Shown here: piece after piece, positions 7,756 to 15,529 of the stretch
Layout of the letters: the number at the start of each line of letters is the position of its first letter
Numbering within the stretch: position 1 is the first letter of the stretch
Origin: a virus
Taxonomy: Duplodnaviria; Heunggongvirae; Uroviricota; Caudoviricetes
Direction: 5' to 3' (one strand)
Virus record (IMG/VR): IMGVR_UViG_3300032038_000047
Location: 1 to 22,992 of that record
DNA length: 22,992 bases
Position numbers and translations under genes: made by a program
The notes under the pieces: generated by a model
What the model saw: the letters and a program-made list of their open reading frames with translations, nothing else
Told to the model about the DNA's origin: nothing
Databases searched by the model: none

Positions 7756-9504
7756 ATGGCTCTCTCCAACACAGCAACGCCGAGGTATTATGCGCAGTTT
7801 CGTGATGCGGTGCTCCGGAATGAAATCCTGGTAAATCAGGAAGTCTCCATGGAGATGAACCGGATCGACGCACTGATCGCAGATCCCCGGTATTATTACG
7901 ACGATGAAGCGGTCGAGGGCTGGGTTCGTTATTGCGAGAATGAGCTCACCCTGACAGACGGAGCGGACCTCCATCTTCTTGACAGCTTCAAGCTGTGGGG
8001 AGAGGAGATATTCGGCTGGTATGAATTTGTCGACCGCAGCGTGTTTGTCCCAAGTCCCAATGGCCATGGGCACTATGTAAAGAAACGGGTCAAACAGCGG
8101 CTCACCAAGAAGCAGTATCTGATCGTGGCCAGAGGCGCTGCCAAGAGCATGTATGGAAGCTGCATTCAGAACTATTATTTGAACGTAGACACCACAACCA
8201 CTCATCAGATTACGACTGCCCCAACAATGAAGCAGGCGGATGAAATCCTCTCCCCGATTCGGACGTCCATAACCCGTGCCAGAGGGCCGCTGTTCAAATT
8301 CCTAACGGAGGGGTCGCTGCAGAACACCACTGGCTCCAAGGCAAACCGGGTCAAACTCAGCTCCACCAAAAAAGGCATCGAAAACTTCCTAACCGGCAGT
8401 CTGCTGGAGATCCGGCCCATGAGCATTGACAAGCTGCAGGGTCTCCGGTGTAAGATTGCAACCATAGACGAATGGCTGTCTGGCGACACCAGAGAAGACG
8501 TGGTCGGCGCCATCGAGCAGGGCGCAGCCAAAGGTGGTTTGGATGACTATCTGATCATCGCCATGAGTTCTGAGGGCACCGTCCGAAACGGCGTCGGTGA
8601 CACAATCAAAATGGAACTGATGAGCATCCTGAAGGGCGAGTATTGGGCGCCGCACATCTCGATCTGGTATTATCGACTGGATGACGTAAAGGAGGTTGCC
8701 GACCCCTCTACTTGGATCAAGGCGAATCCGAACCTCGGCAAGACAGTAACTTACGAAGCTTATCAGAAGGACGTAGAAAGAGCCGAAAGCAACCCGGCAG
8801 TCCGCAATGATGTGCTGGCTAAGCGGTTCGGCATCCCGACAGAGGGCTATACATATTTCTTTACTTACGAAGAAACGCTGGTCCATCGGAAGCGCTCCTT
8901 CTGGTCCATGCCATGCGCTATGGGCGTGGATCTCAGCCAGGGCGATGACTTCTGCGCATTTACCTTCCTCTTCCCTCTGCGGGCAGGCAGCTTCGGCGTT
9001 AAGGTCCGGAGCTATATTTCTTCCAGAACACTGTTCAAACTGCCAGGAGCTATGCGGGTCAAATACAACGAGTTTATTGACGAAGGAAGCCTTGTGGTCC
9101 TTGATTGCACGGTTCTCGACATGACGGATGTGTATGATGACCTGGATACATTCATTCAGGAAAGCGAGTATGACGTCCGGGCCCTCGGCTTTGACCCATA
9201 CAACGCAAAGGAATTCATAGAGCGCTGGTCTAACGAGAACGGTCCCTATGGCATTGAGAAAGTCATACAGGGCGTAAAGACAGAGTCGGTACCTCTTGGT
9301 GAGCTGAAGAAGCTTGCCGAGGACCGGCTCTTAATCTTTGACCAGAGTCTAATGCAGTACTGCATGGGCAACTGTATTACGATGGAGGACACTAACGGTA
9401 ATCGGAAACTGCTCAAGCGGCGGTATGACCAGAAGATCGATAACGTGTCCGCTTTGATGGACGCCTGGGTGGCTTATAAGGCCAATAAGGATGAGTTTGA
9501 GTAA
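7756..9504 (+). CDS. terL: Terminase large subunit
   Basis: Walker A-like IVARGAAKS, Walker B IATIDEW, motif III-like IAMSSEG, nuclease GVDLSQGDD and KIDNVSALMDA. Confidence 0.95.
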   Translation: MALSNTATPRYYAQFRDAVLRNEILVNQEVSMEMNRIDALIADPRYYYDDEAVEGWVRYCENELTLTDGADLHLLDSFKLWGEEIFGWYEFVDRSVFVPSPNGHGHYVKKRVKQRLTKKQYLIVARGAAKSMYGSCIQNYYLNVDTTTTHQITTAPTMKQADEILSPIRTSITRARGPLFKFLTEGSLQNTTGSKANRVKLSSTKKGIENFLTGSLLEIRPMSIDKLQGLRCKIATIDEWLSGDTREDVVGAIEQGAAKGGLDDYLIIAMSSEGTVRNGVGDTIKMELMSILKGEYWAPHISIWYYRLDDVKEVADPSTWIKANPNLGKTVTYEAYQKDVERAESNPAVRNDVLAKRFGIPTEGYTYFFTYEETLVHRKRSFWSMPCAMGVDLSQGDDFCAFTFLFPLRAGSFGVKVRSYISSRTLFKLPGAMRVKYNEFIDEGSLVVLDCTVLDMTDVYDDLDTFIQESEYDVRALGFDPYNAKEFIERWSNENGPYGIEKVIQGVKTESVPLGELKKLAEDRLLIFDQSLMQYCMGNCITMEDTNGNRKLLKRRYDQKIDNVSALMDAWVAYKANKDEFE

Positions 9505-9515
9505 GGTGGAAGATA

Positions 9516-10013
9516 ATGAACCTGTTATCAGAGAGTTTCCTGATTCATCATGGAATCAAAGGCCAAAAGTGGGGCGTGCGGAATGGGCCTCCGTATCCCT
9601 TGGATGATAGTCAAAATCGTAGAGCTGCCCATCATCGGAATCTGATAGAACGCGGGCGTGCATTTGTCTCATCCAATATGCACAGAATTAAGTACCGCCC
9701 CTTATCGGATATATACAACGGATTTGACGATGACGAGGACGAACTTGAAAAACTAACAATAGATGATATACTTAGTTTACCAAAGGCTCAAAGCCGATTG
9801 AAAATGTCATCTCAGACGTATGGCCATGTGATGCATGAGATTATGACCAATATTTCAAGCGAACAGCGCTTTACCGAAACCAGTTTTGTTAAGAATGTCG
9901 GCCAGTATTCATATGCAGTTTCAAATGATCTTGAAGGCGGGTTCGGCCTTATGGGTCGAGTTAAAATCAGTGAACTAATGAAACATTACGGAAATAAGAA
10001 TCGGGGTAAATAA
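9516..10013 (+). CDS. Leader-family protein 5, candidate toxin C-terminus
   Basis: Leader MNLLSESFLIHHGIKGQKWGVRNGPPYPL; C-terminal YGHVMHEIMTN...VGQYSYAVSN domain; small gene 3 nt downstream. Confidence 0.85.
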   Translation: MNLLSESFLIHHGIKGQKWGVRNGPPYPLDDSQNRRAAHHRNLIERGRAFVSSNMHRIKYRPLSDIYNGFDDDEDELEKLTIDDILSLPKAQSRLKMSSQTYGHVMHEIMTNISSEQRFTETSFVKNVGQYSYAVSNDLEGGFGLMGRVKISELMKHYGNKNRGK

Positions 10014-10016
10014 ATA

Positions 10017-10238
10017 GTGATTACAAAGCCTACACCAACTTCAGATGCGCTTTATGATGCAATTATCAAAATCAAAGACGACAATGATTTCGTTAGCTGG
10101 GTGCTTTCCTGTGCTGTGTACGAGCAGGATCAGCGGCTTCTGTTGGAATTGATACACTCTCGACCCGACATTGATTCGTCAACCATTGTCCGTGCCTGTT
10201 ATAATATAGCCCAAAAACGCGGATTGCTTGTTGAATAG
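10017..10238 (+). CDS. Candidate immunity protein for 9516..10013
   Basis: 73-aa helical protein, GTG start 3 nt after the upstream stop. Confidence 0.65.
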   Translation: MITKPTPTSDALYDAIIKIKDDNDFVSWVLSCAVYEQDQRLLLELIHSRPDIDSSTIVRACYNIAQKRGLLVE

Positions 10239-10242
10239 TCGT

Positions 10243-10269
10243 CCGCAACTTTTACAACGGCTATAATAG
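10243..10269 (+). promoter_or_regulatory. Promoter-like motif, copy 5
   Basis: CCGCAA CTTT TACAAC GGC TATAAT AG. Confidence 0.75.
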
Positions 10270-10279
10270 GAGAGAAGAT

Positions 10280-10320
10280 GAGAATGTGCCTTTTTATGGT
10301 GCATTCTCTTTCTTTTTATT
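10280..10320 (+). terminator. Intrinsic terminator directly after the promoter motif
   Basis: GAGAATGTGCC / GGTGCATTCTC stem then TTTCTTTTTATT. Confidence 0.7.
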
Positions 10321-10369
10321 TGCGACTGGTAAATTTTGCATCTTATTGCCGGGAGGTGATATTTCCATC

Positions 10370-11047
10370 ATGGATCTCTTTTCTGAAGAGTACCTTGCTC
10401 ACTATGGCGTTAAGGGAATGAAATGGGGCAAGCATCTGCCAGGCGTTTTCCCTGTGTTCGGGAACAATAGAGGTACAACGACCAATTACGCAGGAGCCTC
10501 TCGTTCCGCTGGATCTTTCCGCAGCCCGGCCAATACCGCTGGATATTCTCACGCCAGTGGAACTGTTAAACGGATAGCAGAAAAGCGTAGCGGATACACG
10601 CATACTACCGGAACAGCCCCACGCTCCGTCGAGAAGTCAATCAATCGTTCTCGTTCCAGTGGAACAGCGCCGCGCTCTATCGAAAAGTCAATCAATTATT
10701 CGCATTCCGGCGGCCATTTCAAGTCGGCGAGCGCAAGCAGGCCCTCTGGTACATCGCTTGGTGTAAGGGTAGCTTCCACTAGACCAACCACATCTGCTGC
10801 AGCCTATACTTCCCGGGTGCATTCCAGCATCTCACCAGCGCCAAAGGTGCAAGTCTATCCGCAGAAGCCTAGTGAGAAATTGACGGTATATCCACAGAAG
10901 CCGATGAAGATTTCAGATCAGACATGGGGCACTACACTTAAGAACCTGGGTTCCGCCGTTTCACAAACAGGACGCAAAGCAGCAATAAGCGTACTCAGTC
11001 TGATTCAAAATATCTCAGCAAAAGCGCTGCGTGCGCTGAACACATAG
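10370..11047 (+). CDS. Leader-family protein 6, Ser/Thr/Arg-rich low-complexity repeat protein
   Basis: GGAGGTG RBS, ATG 10370, leader MDLFSEEYLAHYGVKGMKWGK; short internal repeats. Confidence 0.85.
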   Translation: MDLFSEEYLAHYGVKGMKWGKHLPGVFPVFGNNRGTTTNYAGASRSAGSFRSPANTAGYSHASGTVKRIAEKRSGYTHTTGTAPRSVEKSINRSRSSGTAPRSIEKSINYSHSGGHFKSASASRPSGTSLGVRVASTRPTTSAAAYTSRVHSSISPAPKVQVYPQKPSEKLTVYPQKPMKISDQTWGTTLKNLGSAVSQTGRKAAISVLSLIQNISAKALRALNT

Positions 11048-11057
11048 GAGGAAAAAC

Positions 11058-11507
11058 ATGGATTTATTATCTGAAGAGTATCTTGCCCACCATGGTGTTC
11101 TTGGTCAGAAGTGGGGCGTCCGGAGATACCAGAATGCAGACGGGTCTTATACGGAAGCCGGAAAAGGTCGGTATGCTCAGAGTAGTAACAAATGGCTTTC
11201 TCGAAAAGTGAATGCGTCTAAAGAAGACCGTCAAGCCCATGGTAAAGAATTGGTTAGCAAGGGCAAAACCAGTGTAGGCGCTATAGGCAGAGCGGTTGTA
11301 CGGCATTATGTTGCCGGCGCTGCTACCGGCGCAGGCGTTTGGGGTGCGCTTGGTGTTGCTGCCGTTGTTGCCGCTCCCGCAGTCACGATTGGAGCCGCTG
11401 CCGCGGCTGCTGTTATGGTTGGTGCGGGAGCTACGTATCAGGTTAGCTCTGCCGTCCGTGGCTATCAGGAAGTAAGCGACATTCAGCAGTATCGCAATTC
11501 AAAATGA
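11058..11507 (+). CDS. Leader-family protein 7 with Gly/Ala-rich hydrophobic hairpin
   Basis: AGGAGG RBS; leader MDLLSEEYLAHHGVLGQKWGVRRYQNADG; about 40-aa G/A/V-rich segment. Confidence 0.85.
   Translation: MDLLSEEYLAHHGVLGQKWGVRRYQNADGSYTEAGKGRYAQSSNKWLSRKVNASKEDRQAHGKELVSKGKTSVGAIGRAVVRHYVAGAATGAGVWGALGVAAVVAAPAVTIGAAAAAAVMVGAGATYQVSSAVRGYQEVSDIQQYRNSK
11496..11506 (+). repeat. AATTCAAAATG motif, copy 3
   Basis: Exact match overlapping the stop of 11058..11507 and the RBS of the next gene. Confidence 0.85.
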
Positions 11508-11517
11508 GGTGACGTTT

Positions 11518-12159
11518 TTGGACCTATTCTCTGAAGAGTATCTTGCCCACTATGGCGTTAAAGGCATGAAATGGGGCAAGAACATTATGGCGAAAGCCGG
11601 TGATTTCCTTACTGGGGATCAATACAAAAAAAACGCTGACAACTATCAGCAGAAAGCCAACGCTTTTCAAAAGCAGGCTGCAAGTTATAGATACGCCGAA
11701 AGAACCAGCACCGCCGAACGGCGTCAGAATACACAGCGTGCTGCACGGGCTATTAGACAAGCGCAAGGTTATCAGCAATTAGCAAGTTCAAACAGCAAGA
11801 AATACAACAATCCTGTAAGAAAAACAATTCGTAATATTTCTTCAACCGCTAATTCAGTACAGAAAAAAGCGGGGAATCTTATTACTGGGAGCCAATACAA
11901 AAAGCAAGCCGCAAGTAATCAGCAAAAGGCGAACTACTATCGTAACCAAGTTGCTGAGCTTAGTTCTGCAGAAAACGCCAATGCTACCGATCGTCGCCAG
12001 AATACTCAAAAAGCATCGCGGGCAGCGAAGCAAGCCCAAGGTTATCAGTATCTGGCCGATAAAGCAATAAAAAATTATCAGACGAAGTCTGTTGCTGGTA
12101 TTGCCACGAGTACCGTAAACAAAGGCCTGGATTTCATCAAAAATCTATTCGGCAATTGA
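11518..12159 (+). CDS. Leader-family protein 8 with 63-aa tandem duplication
   Basis: TTG at 11518, 6 nt after GAGGTG, gives MDLFSEEYLAHYGVKGMKWGK, identical to the 10370 leader. Confidence 0.85.
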   Translation: MDLFSEEYLAHYGVKGMKWGKNIMAKAGDFLTGDQYKKNADNYQQKANAFQKQAASYRYAERTSTAERRQNTQRAARAIRQAQGYQQLASSNSKKYNNPVRKTIRNISSTANSVQKKAGNLITGSQYKKQAASNQQKANYYRNQVAELSSAENANATDRRQNTQKASRAAKQAQGYQYLADKAIKNYQTKSVAGIATSTVNKGLDFIKNLFGN

Positions 12160-12174
12160 AGTTAAGGAGGCAAC

Positions 12175-13449
12175 ATGCCACCACTTACAACACGGCTGAG
12201 GCATGCCTGGAATGCCTTCACCAATAACAAAGATCCCACTTACAATCCTGACTGGATGGGGTACAGTAGTTCTCTCCGTCCAGATCGGGTGCGATATTCT
12301 CGTGGGAATGAGCGGTCCATCATTACAGCAGTGTACACACGCATTGCTATTGATGTGGCCGCTGTTTCTATTCAACACGTTCGACTGGACGAGAACGGCA
12401 GCTTCCTTGAGACAATCAACAGTCCGCTAAACGACTGCCTGAATGTGGAGGCAAATGTCGACCAGACTGGCCGGGCCTTCATTCAGGATCTCGTCGAGAG
12501 TATGTTCGATGAGGGCTGTGTAGCGATCGTCCCAACGGACTGTTCGGCCAATCCCTTGCTCACCAGCTCCTATGATATTTTGTCGATGCGGGTCGGCAAG
12601 ATCACGCAGTGGGGCCCATCCTGGGTACGGGTCCGGCTCTACAATGAGCGCACCGGTCAGCAGGAAGAGGTCACGCTCGCCAAGCAGCAGGTGGCTATCA
12701 TTCCGAACCCGCTATACTCGGTGATGAATGAGCCTAACTCTACCTTCCAGCGGCTGATCCGTAAGCTGAACCTGTTGGATACCATTGACGAACAATCTTC
12801 CTCCGGGAAGCTGGACCTGATCATTCAGCTCCCGTATACGATCAAGACAGAGGCCAGACGGCAGCAGGCAGAACAGCGCCGGAAAGACATTGAGATGCAG
12901 CTGGCCGGGACTAAGTACGGAATCGCCTACACAGATGGTACGGAGCGTATTACCCAGCTCAATCGCTCTGTTGAGAATAACCTGATGAGTCAGATCGAAT
13001 ACCTGACGAGCATGCTATACAGCCAGTTGGGATTGACGACCTCGATCTTTGACGGAACAGCAGACGAGAAGACCATGCTGAATTATTATAGCCGCACCAT
13101 CGAGCCGATCCTCTCCGCCATTGTGGATGAGATGGTTCGGAAGTTCCTGACCAAAACCGCCAGAACCCAGGGGCAGAGCATCATGTTCTTCCGGGATCAG
13201 TTCAAGTTGGTTCCTGTTGGCCAGGTGGCTGAGATTGCTCAGACACTGGTCAGCACAGAGATCGCCACTCCTAACGAGATGCGTGCGGTGATTGGATGGA
13301 AACCAGTGAACGACGCCCGGGCCGATTCATTGATGAACCGAAACATCAATACAGTCCCGGAAGAGGGACAGGAGGAAGTGCCCGTCGAGGAAGATTACGC
13401 CGAATACCCGGAAGAAGTATACTCCGAGGAAGAATACCCTGAAGAATAA
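12175..13449 (+). CDS. Portal protein
   Basis: 424 aa between terL and protease; AAGGAGG RBS; IAIDVA..., GKLDLIIQLP, TPNEMRAVIG portal-type segments; acidic EEYPEE tail. Confidence 0.92.
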   Translation: MPPLTTRLRHAWNAFTNNKDPTYNPDWMGYSSSLRPDRVRYSRGNERSIITAVYTRIAIDVAAVSIQHVRLDENGSFLETINSPLNDCLNVEANVDQTGRAFIQDLVESMFDEGCVAIVPTDCSANPLLTSSYDILSMRVGKITQWGPSWVRVRLYNERTGQQEEVTLAKQQVAIIPNPLYSVMNEPNSTFQRLIRKLNLLDTIDEQSSSGKLDLIIQLPYTIKTEARRQQAEQRRKDIEMQLAGTKYGIAYTDGTERITQLNRSVENNLMSQIEYLTSMLYSQLGLTTSIFDGTADEKTMLNYYSRTIEPILSAIVDEMVRKFLTKTARTQGQSIMFFRDQFKLVPVGQVAEIAQTLVSTEIATPNEMRAVIGWKPVNDARADSLMNRNINTVPEEGQEEVPVEEDYAEYPEEVYSEEEYPEE

Positions 13450-13456
13450 AGGAGCA

Positions 13457-13468
13457 AATTCAAAATGG
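13457..13468 (+). repeat. AATTCAAAATGG motif, copy 4
   Basis: Exact match overlapping the ATG of the protease-capsid gene. Confidence 0.85.
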
Positions 13469-15519
13469 CAGAACGTTACGATTTTAGTGGCTGGGCTACT
13501 AAGAACGATCTGAGGTGCTCCGACGGACGAACAATCCGACGGGATGCATTCAAGGATAACGATGGCCAGATTGTACCGCTCGTATGGCAGCATCAGCATA
13601 ACGACCCCAGCAATGTTCTGGGACACGCCCTTCTGGAGAACCGTCCGGAGGGCGTTTATGCATATGGCAGCTTTAATGATACAGCGGAAGGCCAGAGGGC
13701 CAAGGCGCTGGTGGAGCACGGAGACATTACCTCTCTGTCCATCTTTGCCAACAAGCTCAAACAGAGCCCTGCTAAAGATGTGCTGCACGGAGTGATCCGG
13801 GAAGTGAGCCTGGTGCTCTCTCCGGCAAACCCCGGTGCCAGCATCGAATTCCCGGTCATGGCTCACGGCGATGACTTTGAGGAAATTGAGGACGAGGCCA
13901 CCATCTATACTGGTGAGCCTCTTTATCTTGCCCATGCGGACGACTCTGAGGAAGAGGAAACCGAAGATGACGGCGAGACCGTGAAGGACGTATTTGACAC
14001 TCTAACAGAGAAACAGAAGAAGGTCGTCTACTTTATGATTTCTCAGGCTCTTGAGCAAGAAGGCCTTAAAGCCAAGAAAAAGGAGCCCGAGGAGAAAGAA
14101 GACAGCACAGACGAAGAGAACGGTGAAACTGTAAAACATGCGGATTCTTCCGATGAAGAAGAGGACGCAGAATCTACCGATAAAGAAGGAGGAGCCAAGA
14201 TGGCTGATTCTAAGGAAAAGACCGTTAAGGATGTATTCGACGAGCTCACTGAAGAGCAGAAGAACGTCGTTTACTTTATGATCGGACAGGCTCTGGAGGA
14301 CGCGAAGAAGGGCGGCAAATCCAGCGCTCCTGCCGATACTGAGGAAGATGAGGAAGACGAGCCCGCCCAGCATTCTTATTACGGAGGCAATGACATGAAG
14401 TACAACGTGTTCGACAACAGCTACGACCAGCCGCAGGAGACCCTGAGCCATGCGGAGATCGAGACCATCTTTACCGATGCCCGCCGCATGGGCTCTCTGC
14501 GTGATGCTGTTCTGCAGCATATGGAGGACGGCGTGCTGAGCCATGCTGTTTACAATACCGCGGCCGACGGCTCCCAGGGCACTCAGCAGACCTACGGCAT
14601 GGCCAATGTGGACTACCTGTTCCCGGACGCCCAGACGCTGAACAACATTCCGACCACCATGAACGGCAACACTGCCTGGGTCAAGGATGTCATGGGCGGC
14701 GTGCATCACACTCCCTTCTCCCGTATCAAGAGCGTCGTGGCCGACATCACCATGGAGGAGGCTCGGGCCAAGGGTTACCTCAAGGGCAACCAGAAGAAGG
14801 ACGAGGTCTTTGCGCTGCTCAAGAGAGAGACCAACCCCCAGACCGTGTACAAGAAGCAGAAGATGGACAAGGATGACATCAATGATATCACCAGCTTCGA
14901 CGTTGTCGCCTGGCTGAAGGCTGAGATGCGCGGCAAGCTTGACGAGGAGTTGGCCCGTGCGATCCTGATCGGCGACGGCCGCGGCGTGTCCGATGATGAC
15001 AAGATCAAGGAGGATCGTATTCGTCCCATCGCTACCGATGCCGACCTGTACACCATCAAGTCCCCTGTTACTGCCGGTACTGATGACGCCGGCACCGCCA
15101 AGAACATCCGCCGGGCGATTCTGGTGGGTATGAAGACCTATGATGGCTCCGGTTCTCCCGTGCTGTTCACTTCCAACAAGTGGCTCAACGAGCTCATGCT
15201 GCTGGAAGACGGCATCGGCCATCCCATGTACGAGACCGAGGAGAAGCTGGCTGCGGCCCTGCGGGTTAAGAAGGTCATCCCCGTGCCGATTATGGATGGT
15301 AAGACTGTAAATGACGCCGAGCTGGTGGGCATCGTGGTCAACCTGAACGACTATAACGTCGGTGCGGACAAGGGCGGCGCCGTAAGCCTGTTCGATGATT
15401 TCGATATCGACTACAACCAGCAGAAGTTCCTGATCGAGACCCGGTGCTCCGGCGCTCTGACCGTGCCTCATTCCGCGATCTGCCTGACCGTGGCGGCTGC
15501 GGAGAGCACTGGCGGCTAA
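13465..15519 (+). CDS. Prohead protease-scaffold-major capsid fusion (HK97-like)
   Basis: N-terminal FSGWAT...VPLVWQHQH...VLGHA...LSIFAN protease; acidic linker with duplicated 27-aa helix; capsid domain from about 14395 with strong C/G third-position bias. Confidence 0.92.
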   Translation: MAERYDFSGWATKNDLRCSDGRTIRRDAFKDNDGQIVPLVWQHQHNDPSNVLGHALLENRPEGVYAYGSFNDTAEGQRAKALVEHGDITSLSIFANKLKQSPAKDVLHGVIREVSLVLSPANPGASIEFPVMAHGDDFEEIEDEATIYTGEPLYLAHADDSEEEETEDDGETVKDVFDTLTEKQKKVVYFMISQALEQEGLKAKKKEPEEKEDSTDEENGETVKHADSSDEEEDAESTDKEGGAKMADSKEKTVKDVFDELTEEQKNVVYFMIGQALEDAKKGGKSSAPADTEEDEEDEPAQHSYYGGNDMKYNVFDNSYDQPQETLSHAEIETIFTDARRMGSLRDAVLQHMEDGVLSHAVYNTAADGSQGTQQTYGMANVDYLFPDAQTLNNIPTTMNGNTAWVKDVMGGVHHTPFSRIKSVVADITMEEARAKGYLKGNQKKDEVFALLKRETNPQTVYKKQKMDKDDINDITSFDVVAWLKAEMRGKLDEELARAILIGDGRGVSDDDKIKEDRIRPIATDADLYTIKSPVTAGTDDAGTAKNIRRAILVGMKTYDGSGSPVLFTSNKWLNELMLLEDGIGHPMYETEEKLAAALRVKKVIPVPIMDGKTVNDAELVGIVVNLNDYNVGADKGGAVSLFDDFDIDYNQQKFLIETRCSGALTVPHSAICLTVAAAESTGG

Positions 15520-15529
15520 TTCAAAATGG
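15518..15529 (+). repeat. AATTCAAAATGG motif, copy 5
   Basis: Exact match overlapping the capsid stop codon. Confidence 0.85.

Noticed and set aside
10286-10369. N-terminal extension of the 10370 gene in the ORF track
   Set aside because: Runs through a terminator; the RBS and leader alignment fix the start at 10370. Similar start corrections were made for 1037, 6694, 11518, 17342, 18359 and 18990
1454-12159. Calling the effector genes a MuF toxin locus or a CRISPR/DGR repeat system
   Set aside because: No recognisable MuF domain, no reverse transcriptase, no adenine-specific template/variable repeat pair and no spacer array; the shared element is a short coding leader
14002-15471. 489-aa antisense ORF opposite the capsid gene
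   Set aside because: Shadow frame expected from the strong C/G third-position bias of the capsid gene; no protein-like motifs
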